Assembly: GCF_006345805.1 (NCBI RefSeq) | Contig: NC_043018.1 | Coordinates: 23,312,001 to 23,376,000 of the forward strand | Reading direction: 5' to 3' | Source of the DNA: Octopus sinensis | Taxonomy: Eukaryota | Length of the DNA stretch: 64,000 nt | Shown: positions 51,180 to 64,000 of the stretch, piece after piece | Position numbering within the stretch: position 1 is the first letter of the stretch | Layout of the letters: the number at the start of each line of letters is the position of its first letter | The notes under the pieces: generated by a model | What the model was told of the DNA's origin: nothing | Databases searched by the model: none | Seen by the model: only the letters and a program-made list of their open reading frames with translations | Program-made: the position numbers and the translations under genes

Positions 51180-51900
51180 CATATAGACAAGACTCTCTTC
51201 CTCCTCTCTCTGTTTCACACACAAACAGACGACATCCTCTCTCACAAACACATTCTCTCTCTCCCTCTCACCCACACAACCCCCTCTCTGTTTTACACAC
51301 AAACTACATAAATGGACCTTTTCTTTCTCTCCCAAAACAGACGACATCCTCTCTCTCTTTCTTTCTCTCTCACATAAGCAGACTACATCCTCTCTCTTTC
51401 TTTCTTTCTCTCTCACATAAACAGACGACATCCTCTCTCTTTCTTTCTTTCTCTCACATAATTGACGACATCCTCTTTCTTTCTTTTTTTCTTTCTTTCT
51501 CTCACATAAACAGACTACATCCTCTCTTTCTTTCTCACATAAACAGACATCCTCTCTCTCTCTTTCTTTCTCACTCACATAAACAGACATCCTCTCTCTC
51601 TTTCTTTTTCTCACATAAACAGACGACATCCTCTCTCTCTCTTTCTTTCTCTCTCACATAAACAGACGACATCCTCTCTCTCACACACACAAACTACCCC
51701 TCTCTTTTTCATACACAACGCTCAAACAAACCTTCTCTCTCTTACACACACAGACGACTCTCTTTCCCTCTCTCACACACACAAATAAGCCGCCTCTCTC
51801 TCTCTCATACATAACACATAAACAGACGACATCCTCTCTCACAAAGGTACATTCTCTCTTTCCCCCTCTCACAGACACAAGCCGTCTCTCTCTTTCTCAT
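51180..51900. repeat. CT-rich ~40-bp minisatellite
   Basis: ctctcacataaacagacgacatcctctctc recurs more than 10 times. Confidence 0.85.
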
Positions 51901-51945
51901 ACATAACACATAAACGGACCTCTCTCTCTCTCTCTCTCTCTCTTT

Positions 51946-51981
<36 letters not shown>

Positions 51982-53626
51982 CCCAGTCCCATGTCTGCTA
52001 CACAGTCTATCATTTTTTTTTCCTCGTAGAAGGTTGAAAAATACCTGGAAATAAAATTTTTTTTGAATTTCCTTCAATTTATTATGTTGTATTGTTTCAT
52101 TGCCTGTGTAGTGAAGGATGGGGGGGGCACGATAGGAGTCTGGTGATGGCGGGGATGATGGGGAGGAGACAGAAAGGGGCTCGGTAAGAGGATGGTGGTG
52201 AGAAGAGAAGAAGCTCTGGGGGTCATGTGTGGGGGGTGATGGGAGGAAGGGTGAGGAAATGGGAAGGGTAGTAGTGCCAAGCGGCATCGGCCCAATTTGG
52301 TAGGGTTTTTTTTTCTTGGAGAAGCACTGGTGTCCAGGACACTTATGCTACTGAGTAGAAAGGAAGAAAAATAAACATTGCTTAGGTGTGGCTATGTGGT
52401 AAGAAGCTTGTTTCCCAACCACACGGTTCCAGGTTCATTCCCACTGCGTGGAACATTGGGCAAGTGTCTTCTACTATAGCCACTGGCCAATCTAACCCTT
52501 GTGGGTGGATTTGGGAGACGGAAACTGAAAAAAAGCCCGTCGTATACATATATCTATATATTAAAATTGGGGAATATTAAAATTAGGTTTCTCGTCCATA
52601 AAGGGTTTAGCTTTATGGCGTATCGTCAGATCCCCAAAACGTGTTGGCCCATGACCTCTTAAAAATATGGAGGAGGAAATACTTTTATATATATATATAT
52701 ATATATAATGTTTGTCTCCCTCCCCCATCATCGCTTAACAACCGATATTGGTGTATTTACGTCCCTGTAACTTAGCGGTTCAGCGAAAGAGACTGATGAA
52801 ATAAGTACCACACTATGAAACAAATACGTACTGGGGTCGATTTATTCTACCAAAATTCTTCAAGTCGGTACCCCAGCATGGCCCGCGGGCCAGTGACTGA
52901 AATAGGTGAAAAGAAAGAAAAAACGACTTACAAATATCTTTGCAGATCGCAGAGTGAATCTTGGCTGATGAAAGGCATATAGAATGATTTAGATAGGTAC
53001 ACGCGGACATAATTGGTCAAAGGGCACCACCACCTGAAAGGTTATCATCATCAAGCCTTGAACATTACAGTCTCAAGTCCTGGGTCGTTACCTGCTTCCC
53101 ATTATGACAAGATCACAACGTCCTTCCTCCTGAACAGGACATTAGTCCGTCGTAAGGCTGCTCTTTTACCGCTGGATGGACTGGAGCAACGTGAAAAAGA
53201 AAGTGGGTTTTTTTTTCAGGAACACGACACACCGCCCGGTCCGGGAACCGAAATTGCGACCTTACGATTGTGTTTAAAATACACTAACTACCAGGCCACG
53301 CGGTTGTGATTGATCAGTTACAGGTTCAGTAGTTGAAGTGATTAAATAAAGATGTGTGTGTGTGTAATGTCCAACTCTAACATGAAGACAAACAATGCTG
53401 TTCTTTAGATGATATGTATATATTCTTTTATACTCTAGGCACAAGGCCGGAAATTTGGGGGAAGGGGGCAGTCGAATAGATCGACCCCAGTGCGTAACTG
53501 GTACTTAATTTATCGACCCCGATAAATTAAGGGCAAAGTCGACCTCGGCGGAATTTGAACTCAGAACGTAACGCATTTCACCCGGCGTGCTAACGTTTCT
53601 GCCAGCTCGCCGCCTTAGACTATATA

Positions 53627-53688
<62 letters not shown>

Positions 53689-53703
53689 ATATATATATAT
53701 ATC

Positions 53704-53761
<58 letters not shown>

Positions 53762-53766
53762 ACGAA

Positions 53767-53843
53767 CAGGGTGTCCATAAATTGTCTTTAATATATATAC
53801 AATAAAACTGTGGAAGTTGGGAAGATAATTTATGGACATGCTG
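53767..53843. mobile_element. miniature Tc1/mariner-type MITE
   Basis: TIR cagggtgtccataaatt / aatttatggacatgctg, followed by TA on the right. Confidence 0.6.
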
Positions 53844-54441
53844 TATAAGAGTACAGACTGTCAAAAAGCCAGCACAACTTTGACTAGAAGTGTGTGTAGG
53901 CTTTAAGAAATAAATACTGAGATGCAATGCTTGTTGTCAAACTGTAATATTACTACTTAGAAAATCCCAAGTCTTCTTACAGGTTTGATATTGTATCGAA
54001 TATAAAGCTATGCATTGCCAAGGACTTGAGATTTTGACCAGTTTTCTTCCAGAACCAATTTTCTGCATAATATAAACGGACAATATTAAGGGAGTTATCT
54101 CCCTTTACAATGCAAACTAGAAGCATTGTAAAAATTTTATTTTTTTGACAACCTAGAAGAAGAGGATGATAACAATGATACAAATAAACAGTCTTTAAAA
54201 ACCGTTTGCTTTTCTATTTCAGCAGTAAAAAATATAATACGCCTCAGAATCCGGGAAACAGGGCTAAATGAGCTGATGGTTCAGAAAGAAAATTTTACCT
54301 CTTTTCACTCCATTTTTAAAGAAAAATTACGAATGTTTGACGAACACAGCACAAATTAACAAGATCTTAAAGCCACTCAATTCTTCTCCCACTCAATTTT
54401 CTTTTTGAATTCAGATATCAAATTTCAAGGAAAACAGATTT

Positions 54442-55582
54442 CCGTATAGACTCGTGTAAAAGTCGAATTTCTTAGACCATTTTTTAAGGTCAAATTTATG
54501 GGGTCGACTATTACATGGATACCACTTTTGAGGGGCTAAAATTCAAGCTAGAATCCGAAGTATTGCATCAGCAGCAGAAACCCAACTGATATCTAAGCGA
54601 ATAAAAGCAAAAACACAATGAATTCCAGTAATATAACCAATTCCATGCATCAAAACACACGTCCTGGTCAATAACAAAACCCATAAACCAGGCCATGTAT
54701 AGCCCCTTATAAATATTTGCACTTTCTCTTTTAGGTGTACCCCTCAAACTTAACAGACTAGCTGAGTGAAACCAATTTATATCTCATAATTATGTTCTGT
54801 TACCACCTAAATCTCCACGAGGCTCCGACAGGGGATGTACTCCGACAGGGGATGTACTCTTTCACCACAATTTTCTCTCACTCTTACTTCCTGTTTCTGT
54901 TGTACCTGTATTTTAAAGGGCCGGCCTTGTCACTCTCTGTGTCACGCTGAATATCCCCGAGAACTACGTTATGGGTACACGTGTCTGTGGAGTGCTCAGC
55001 CACTTACACGTTAATTTCACGAGCAGGCTGTTCCGTTGATTCGGATCAACCGGAACCCTCGTCGTCGTAACCGTCGGAGTGCTTCAGTTCTGTTACCACT
55101 GGTAACATATCTACCCAGTACCAGCAAGCCACTGCCTACCGTAATACGGTGCATACAGCTGATACCTGCATGGCGTGTTTCACATCATAACTCTTCAATA
55201 ACTTTACACTACTTTCATATTTATGGTTAAAGTCGCACTCATCACAAGTGTATTATGGCACAGCATATTAGTGGTGCATTTTTATTTCTAATTTATTAAA
55301 TGCAAATTAATGATTTAAATACCAAAGTTGAAAAAAGAAGCAGAAGCGCAACAGTCTCCACCGAAAACGTTTTCTTCTTCGTCGCTGTAAGGCAACCACA
55401 CAATTTTGTACAGTGTTATTCCTACATACGGGATAAAACGGTACCTTGACCCACAAATGCTGCCCCGTTGTTCGTGAAATACTAAGGTCAACTGTTATAC
55501 AGGGCCTATGGAAAATTCCCAATTTTTTTGCCAAAAATAGGGGGTCGACTTTTACATGAGATTGACTATTACACGAGTATAT
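54442..55582. mobile_element. pogo/Tigger-like non-autonomous DNA transposon with internal SINE
   Basis: Ends ccgtatagactcgtgtaaaagtcga and ttgactattacacgagtatata are inverted copies of a pogo-type terminus. The right end abuts a CR1 tail. Confidence 0.55.
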
Positions 55583-55586
55583 AATA

Positions 55587-55914
55587 ATAATGAAATTATT
55601 GTATACAGTGCTCAGGTGCACCACAACTTGTCAGAAAGTGCGTATAAAGTATATGCAGTAATGTACAAATGTCTGGAAAGCGAACACTGTATGAGTCAGA
55701 TACATGCTTGTGTATCTATGGAGGGGAGAAAATCAGGTGTAGTGTTGGCGAATCTCAGGAAGCATGGAAGTTTTGAAGGATGCAGTGCTCCGACAACTAA
55801 CAACTGATGCCGGCAGTTTGTTTCATGCTTCAGCAACTCTCAGCGTGAAAAAATGCTTCCTAAAGTCACGGGAGCTGTGCTGTTTTCTGACTTAGTAAAT
55901 ATGTCCACGGGTGG
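55587..55914 (-). mobile_element. CR1-clade LINE 3' fragment (same family)
   Basis: Reverse complement of the 8760/11319 element, with the (ATT)n tail at 55581-55590. Confidence 0.85.
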
Positions 55915-56558
55915 AGTTCGAAAACGTGCTATATATGGCAGTCAATGACTCATGTCTTCTAAAATACGTATATGGATTAATTTAGGGAAAATCACGAATG
56001 CATGATCGACGCAGCTTAAATTGGCAAGATTTAAAGCTCAAACTTCTACCAATTAATTTTCCCGAAGCCAAAGTTAAAATTCCAAGGGAGATAATTAAAA
56101 ACTAAGTGGTCTCCCCTGACAGTCTCTAACCATTCAGTAGATCAGCTATTCTAATGTTTCCTATTTGTATCACAGATGGGTTTCATGAAAGAATTTTCCC
56201 CTCAGGTCGGGGAGACTACGTTTTTATTTGCTTAGATATCAGTTGTGTTTGTGTGTGTATGTCTCCCAACATTGCTTGACAACCGATGCTGGTGTGTTTG
56301 CATCCCCGTAACTTAGTGGTTCGGCAAAGAGACATATAGAATAACTACTAGGCTTACAAAGAATAAGTCCTGGGGTCAATTTGCTTGACTAAAGGCGGTG
56401 CTCCAACATGGCCACAGTCAAAATGACTGAAACAAGTAAAAGAATAAAAGTATATATACATATATATAAATTCTTTTCAGTGCTAATTGTTAACAAGGGA
56501 AAGATATACTCAGTGGCTGTGTGGTAAGCAGCTTGCTAACAAGGGAAAAATACTCATC

Positions 56559-56589
<31 letters not shown>

Positions 56590-56794
56590 TAATATATATA
56601 TACTCTTTTCTCTTTTTACTCTTTTACTTGTTTCAGTCATTTGACTGCAGTCATGCTGGAGCGCCGCCTTATTCTTTGTAAGCCCAGTACTTATTCTATC
56701 AGTCTCTTTTGCCGAACCGCTAAGTGACGGGGACGTAAACACACCAGCATCGGTTGTCAAGCAATGCTAGAGGGACAAACACAGACAAACATAT

Positions 56795-56847
<53 letters not shown>

Positions 56848-57578
56848 CATACATACATATATACGATAGGCTTCTTTCAGTTTCCGTCTACCAAATCCAC
56901 TCACAAGGCTTTGGTCGGCCCGAGGCTATAGTAGAAGACACTTTCCCAAGGTGCCACGCAGTGGGACTGAACCCGGAACCATGTGGTTGGTAAGCAAGCT
57001 ACTTACCACACAGCCACTCCTGTATATAATAGTAATAACAATAATTCTAGGATGGAATTTCTAAATATTTAATACATCCTTATTACATATTTATGCATAT
57101 TTATGAATTCCATTCTATTGTTATATTTATCCTACATTATATAACCGTGATGTAACTCCAAAAAACTGACTCACTAGTCAGCATCATTAGACTGTTGCCA
57201 GCATAATGAAATAGGAGCTTTATTTGCATATTCAAAACATTTCCCATAAACAAATTCAAAAGATATATTGACTAATCTAGAAACGTACGTTCTCAAATAA
57301 CCTCTGCACTTGATTTTTTAATGTTTTTTCCCCCATACTTTTGTGAGTTAGTTTAGGCAAACACTATCTGAGAGAGATCTTCTTTAAGTATTGGAAATAG
57401 CTGAAGAAATTTCTTTAGCTGCTATTTCTAATGAGTTCAGTATGTGGCAAAGTAATTTATTTTACTAAGCCCTTATATAAATGTAATATTTTGAATTCGC
57501 CTATAATGGTCCCTTTACATACTGAATACTTGGTGAAATTGATTAATAATTAATTAATTTTACCCTCAATTGTTGAAT

Positions 57579-57622
<44 letters not shown>

Positions 57623-57944
57623 CAGCATACATTAAAAACTGGTAGTAAAAATTTCTATAATTTTTATTACCCTGATATTATTTATATATATATATATATA
57701 AATAAATATTATTATATATATATATATATAAATAAATATTATTTATATATATATATATATAAATAAATATTATTATATATATATAATAAATAAATATATT
57801 TATATATATATATAATAAAAATATTATTTATATATATAATATATAAATAAATATTATTTATATATATATATATATAAATAAATATTATTTATATATATAT
57901 ATATATAAATAAATATTATTTCTAGATATATATATATATAAATA

Positions 57945-57988
<44 letters not shown>

Positions 57989-58440
57989 ATATATATAAAT
58001 ATTATTTATATATATATGAGACCAAAAGTGTATGTATGTCGCTATATGTAAATAAAAAAAACAAAAAAAAATGGTACAAGAATGTAACAGGCAACAACAA
58101 ACCATTCAGACAGTTAGATGATACAAAAAAGGACACAACAAAAACAAGGACAGGTCTCTTGGGGCTTTCAATCGTCAGTCGAGTTCCAGATCGTTGTTGC
58201 AGTTTCAGACAGTTACACTCAAAACTGCTCCAATATGGCGAGCACCCAAGAAAATCTAAGCTTCCAGATTAGAGTGTAACTGGCCAAAACTGCAATGACA
58301 ATCTGGAATTTGACTGACAATTGAAAGCTCCAAATGACCCGTCCATGTTTTTCCCTGTCTTTTTTTGTATTGTCTGTCACCTGTTACGTTTTTGTTCCAT
58401 TTTTGTTTTGTTTTTATATATATATATATATATATAATAT

Positions 58441-60426
58441 ATATATATATATGTATATACACATGTGCAGATTAGTTTGTCAAATATAAGACTTATTCAA
58501 ATTACTTTGAATTAATCATGCATTTTCTCATAGCTTCAAAATGTTGATGATGTTGTAGCATGTTCATGAAGAAAGACTTGTTGTCAGTATACATACGAGT
58601 TGGCATTGAAAAGTTCCTGGCTTTGGATAAAAGAAAACACAGGAGGATCAATTAATTATGATGTTATTCACCATATTCCCCTCTCAGATTCACACACTTA
58701 TTGCAGTGGTCTTTCAGTTTTTCTAAGCCCTGTAAAAGTACTTTGAAGGTTGGGCCTCCAACCATGCCCTTTGTGATACTCTTAAAGCTAGGAACTAGTC
58801 AGCCTCCCCACCACCACTACCATACATAATTTATTGCTACATTAATATGGAACGTGTTCATGCAAAAAGAGTAAATTTTATATGAAACCACATATATTAC
58901 AGGTTCAGAAGATCTTCATTAGAAATTCACATTTTGGTTGGTTTTTACACATTAGTGCATATTCTTGTTGCCATGTTGCCATGTTGCCATGGTATGTTTC
59001 TTCATTTATCGCACCAGGTTGAGTATGTAGCTGTGAGAACAGCTATTAGTGAGAGCGAAATCCACCAAAGACTGAATTCACTCGGGATCTGAGTTCATTC
59101 TGGCTCCTTCATGCTAAAACCAGTTATATTTGTAGCCCCTGTTTACAGAAAGTTCTAGTCATTGCTGCTAGACTGTCACATAAACAAAGGGTGTTGACTG
59201 GACTGAAAAGGGGCCTGCCTACATAATAAACTCGTGATTCCCATATGGGAAAATGCAGGGCCGAATTGAAGTGTTATAATGTGATTGTATATTTTTAGAA
59301 TGGCATTGTAGGATAGGTGTGAAAGTTCAGATCTGGCTGGTTTGAACATAAAAACAGTAGAATATTTGAGCTGGGTGTGGCCAGTTTAAATGCTAAAGGG
59401 TTAAACATGATCAGCCTCGCAAGAATGAAGGACAACTCTGAATAATAAGACCCCAGAACAACAGCAAAACAGCTGGTGTACATATAGTTGTTGTAGTCAG
59501 CTCTGAGGATGCAGGCCTGTGGTCCAAGGCAGTCAAGCCATGACTATCACATCTTATTAATCTAGAAATCCTGGAGAGAACAAGGATGGTCCTGGCTTTG
59601 TACACTTTTGACTTGGGAGTTAAAAAAAAGACAACAACAAAAATAAAACATACAGACATGACAACAACAACATAATTGTTGGGAGAGAGAGAGAGTATAT
59701 ACATGTACAGACTGCAACACTGCATTATATGCAATCAACCCCTGCTTATTAAGATGTGCAATATTGACCTCAACTAGATAGAGGAGACTATTGTGAAAGG
59801 AAAGACACCCTTTGGTCACAAATGACCATGGGATTGCACCTAGAAAGTTCCCCTCCTAAGTATGAGTCCGGGTATAGTTGTTCATGGAAGTCCAGCAGTC
59901 ACCCATGCATATCAGTTTCTCCTCTCTTCACCTCTGATGTTGTCCAAGGGAAAGGCAAAGGGGCCAATACAACTTGGCACCAATGATGTCGCAACACATT
60001 CCTACAGCTGAGTGAACTGGAGCAACGTGAAATATAAAGAGTCTTGCTCAAGACCACAACACACAGCCCAGTTTGCGAATTGAACACACAGCCTTACGAC
60101 TGCAAGGCCAATGTTCTAACCACTGAGCTGTTGTATGGAATGGTACATATGAGGCTGTATGGATTTATGGTTTTGCATTTAGTTGCTCTTTCAGGGTACA
60201 CTATAGTCTGCTGGGTCAGAACTGACCAGGAGCTAAATTACAAAAACAACAACATCATATAGGCGCAGGAGTGGCTGTGTGGTAAGTAGCTTGCTAACCA
60301 ACCACATGGTTCCGGGTTCAGTCCCACTGTGTGGCATCTTGGGCAAGTGTCTTCTGCTATAGCCTCGGGCCAACCAAAGCCTTGTTAGTGGATTTGGTAG
60401 ACGGAAACTGAAAGAAGCCTGTCGTA

Positions 60427-60468
<42 letters not shown>

Positions 60469-62460
60469 CACATGTGCAGATTAGTTTTTAAATATAAGAC
60501 TTATTCAAATTACTTGAATTAATCATGCATTTTCTCATAGCTTCAAAATGTTGATGATGTTGTAGCATGTTCATGAAGAAAGAAGACTTGGTCAGTATAC
60601 ATACGAGTTGGCATTGAAAGTTCCTGGCTTTGGATAAAAGAAAACACAGGAGGATCAATTAATTATGATGTTATTCACCATATTCCCCTCTCAGATTCAC
60701 ACACTTATTGCAGTGGTCTTTCAGTTTTTCTAAGCCCTGTAAAAGTACTTCGAAGGTTGGGCCTCCAACCATGCCCTTTGTGATACTCTTAACGCTAGGA
60801 ACTAGTCAGCCTCCCCACCACCACTACCATACATAATTTATTGCTACATTAATATGGAACGTGTTCATGCAAAAAGAGTAAATTTTATATGAAACCACAT
60901 ATATTACAGGTTCAGAAGATCTTCATTAGAAATTCACATTTTGGTTGGTTTTTACACATTAGTGCATATTCTTGTTGCCATGTTGCCATGGTATGTTTCT
61001 TCATTTATCGCACCAGGTTGAGTATGTAGCTGTGAGAACAGCTATTAGTGAGAGCGAAATCCACCAAAGACTGAATTCACTCGGGATCTGAGTTCATTCT
61101 GGCTCCTTCATGCTAAAACCAGTTATATTTGTAGCCCCTGTTTACAGAAAGTTCTAGTCATTGCTGCCAGACTGTCACATAAACAAAGGGTGTTGACTGG
61201 ACTGAAAAGGGGCCTGCCTACATAATAAACTCGTGATTCCCATATGGGAAAATGCAGGGCCGAATTGAAGTGTTATAATGGATTGTATATTTTTAGAATG
61301 GCATTGTAGGGTAGGTGTGGAAAGTTCAGATCTGGCTGTTTGAACATAAAAACAGTAGAATATTTGAGCTGGGTGTGGCCAGTTTAAACTGCTAAAGGGG
61401 GTTAAACATGATCACCTCGCAAGAATGACAGAAACACGACTCTCAATAATAAGACCGCAGAACAACAGCAAAACAGCTGGTGTACATATAGTTGTTGTAG
61501 TCAGCTCTGAGGATGCAGGCCTGTGGTCCAAGGCAGTCAAGCCATGACTATCACATCTTATTAATCTAGAATCTGGAGCGAGAGAACAAGGATGTCCTGG
61601 CTTTGTACACTTTTGACTTGGGAGTTAAAAAAAGACAACAAAAATAAAACATACAGACATGACAACAACAACATAATGTTGGGAGAGGAGAGAGAGAGTA
61701 ATAGTATATAATGTAAGACGCAACACTGATTATATGCAATCAACCCCTGCTTATTAAGATGTGCAATATTGACCCTCAAACTAGATAGAGGAGACTATTG
61801 TGAAAGGAAAGACACCCTTTGGTCACAAATGACCATGGGATTGCACCTAGAAAGTCCCCTCCTAAGTATGAGTCCGGGTATAGTTGTTCATGGAAGACCA
61901 GCAGTCACCCATGCATATCAGTTTCTCCTCTCTTCACCTCTGATGTTGTCCAAGGGAAAGGCAAAGGGGCCAATACAACTTGGCACCAGTGATGTCGCAA
62001 CACATTCCTACAGCTGAGTGAACTGGAGCAACGTGAAATATAAAGAGTCTTGCTCAAGACCACAACACACAGCCCAGTTTGCGAATTGAACACACAGCCT
62101 TACGACTGCAAGGCCAATGTTCTAACCACTGAGCTGTTGTATGGAATGGTACATATGAGGCTGTTATGGATTTATGGTTTGCATTTAGTTGCTCTTTCAG
62201 GGTACACTATAGTCTGCTGGGTCAGAACTGACCAGGAGCTAAATTACAAAAACAACAACATCATATAGGTGCAGGAGTGGCTGTGTGGTAAGTAGCTTGC
62301 AAACCAACCACATGGTTCCGGGTTCAGTCCCACTGTGTGGCATCTTGGGCAAGTGTCTTCTGCTATAGCCTCGGGGCAACCAAAGCCTTGTTAGTGGATT
62401 GGTGTAGCGAAACTGACTGAAAGAAGCCGTCGTATATAGGTATATATATATAATATATAT
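58441..62460. repeat. ~2.0-kb direct tandem duplication (possibly an assembly artefact)
   Basis: 58452-60455 aligns with 60461-62440. The second copy differs mostly by single-base indels. Confidence 0.9.
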
Positions 62461-62680
62461 GTGTGTGCGTGTATGTTTGTGCATCTGTGTTTGTTCCCTA
62501 GCATTGCTTGACAACCGATGCTGGTGTGTTTATGTCCCCGTCACTTAGCGGTTTGGCAAAACAGACCAATAGAATAAGTACTGGGCTTACAAAGAATAAG
62601 TCCCGGGGTCGATTTGCTTGACTAAAGGCGGTGCTCCAGCATGGCCGCAGTCAAAATGACCGAAAGAAGTAAAAGAGTAT
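62263..62680 (+). mobile_element. tRNA-derived SINE family A
   Basis: Aligns to 2617-3016. Confidence 0.85.
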
Positions 62681-63376
62681 ACTGCCGTCTTCCATAAAAA
62701 AAAGAAACCCATGAAGCCGGGTGCCAGGGTATGTAATGAAAAATAACTAAAACAACCAATACAGGCTGAGGCTGTTATGAATCTACAGTTTGCATCTAGT
62801 TGCTTCTTCTGAGCACCAACATGCTATAGGCCTGCTGGATCATAACTGACCTTGGGCTATTACAACAACACTACAGGCTGGGTGCTTATGTACCTTGTGT
62901 AAAACAACAAAACGCAACTGCGGGTTGCTTATTCAAAGTAAAAGGTTATAGTTGCTGTGTTTCTGCATAAAAATAGCAACTTAAGAATAACGAACACCAA
63001 TCTTACACCCTGCTCTTTCACTTCTGCTGGTTTCTTCAGTTACAGCTTCTAAGACAACCAAAACACTTACAACACACCACCATCACCACAACCACCACCA
63101 TCACCACAGCCACCACCATCACTGCCAATAACCACCACCACCACCACCACTGTTTTGTCCCCTCATTGCAGCACCCTCCCGCCACACACGCATACACCCT
63201 TTCGCACACACATTCTTACGATTACACAAATTCTCACAGAGATGCATTAATATCTTGAGAGTAAGCAGATTTCTTTCATAGTTTTTGTTAAATACTACAC
63301 CTTGCAGGTGTATGTGTGCATCTATGCATATATATATATATATTCACACATACAAGTGTGTGTGTGTGTGAGCACA

Positions 63377-63418
<42 letters not shown>

Positions 63419-63860
63419 TGTATATATGTAATGTAAATTTTATATATATATGTAAAAAGCACCATCTGTTCGTGGCCATTTGCCAGACTCGTCTGGCACC
63501 ACCATCCGTTCGTGGCCGTTGCCAGCGCCGTCCCGACTGGCTTCGTGCCGGTGGCACGTAAAAAGCACTGTCCGTTCGTGGCTGTTGCCAGCCTTGCCTG
63601 GCCCTCGTGCCAGTGGCACGCAAAAAGCACCATCCATCTGTGGTCGTTTGCCAGCTCCGTCTGGCACCTGTGCGGGTGGCATGTAAAAAGCACCCACTAC
63701 ACTCACGGAGTGGTTGGCATTAGGAAGGGCATCCAGCCGTAGAAACACTGCCAGATCAGACTGGGCCTGATGCAGCCTTCTGGCTTCACAGACCCCAGTT
63801 GAACCGTCCAACCCATGCTAGCATGGAAGCAGACGCTAAATGATGATGATGATGATGATG

Positions 63861-63911
<51 letters not shown>

Positions 63912-63944
63912 CTATATATATATATATATACATACACACATATA

Positions 63945-63992
<48 letters not shown>

Positions 63993-64000
63993 TATATATA

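Noticed and set aside
55360-55380. GAAA-ACGU-UU palindromic motif
   Set aside because: The upstream core and stem I do not fit, and it lies inside the pogo-like element.
57280-57297. GAAA-CGUACG-UU, 3' half of a hammerhead
   Set aside because: I found no upstream CUGANGA core or stem I partner.
59780-60110. Duplicated ORFs (59899..60087 and 61905..62093, etc.)
   Set aside because: They are SINE-derived sequence within the 2-kb duplication and show no protein features.

Overview
AT-rich, microsatellite-dense eukaryotic DNA. The SINE/MITE repertoire suggests a coleoid cephalopod, most likely Octopus (inference, not checked by search). The only protein-coding gene I can support is the 3' part of SMG7 (NMD factor), on the + strand: 14 coding exons from 2242 to the TGA at 36397-36399. 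All introns are GT-AG and all phases are consistent (2816 nt, about 937 aa); the N-terminal exons lie upstream of the window. The rest is repeats: a non-autonomous Helitron with a PIF1-helicase fragment, CR1 LINE 3' ends, hAT, piggyBac-like and Tc1/pogo MITEs, several SINE families, mini/microsatellites and local duplications. The main unexpected signal is a set of about eight type I hammerhead ribozyme (HHR) folds with a palindromic minimal stem III, as in Penelope-like elements and retrozymes. They include (i) an antisense fold in the last SMG7 intron with a G3:C8 swap of the invariant C3:G8 core pair and (ii) a ~533-bp tandem repeat with one HHR per unit. Other leads are an inverted hAT-MITE pair bracketing a 400-nt exon block (circRNA candidate), an alternative last-exon acceptor and a cluster of RFX X-boxes. 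All RNA folds were paired by eye and none has been tested.
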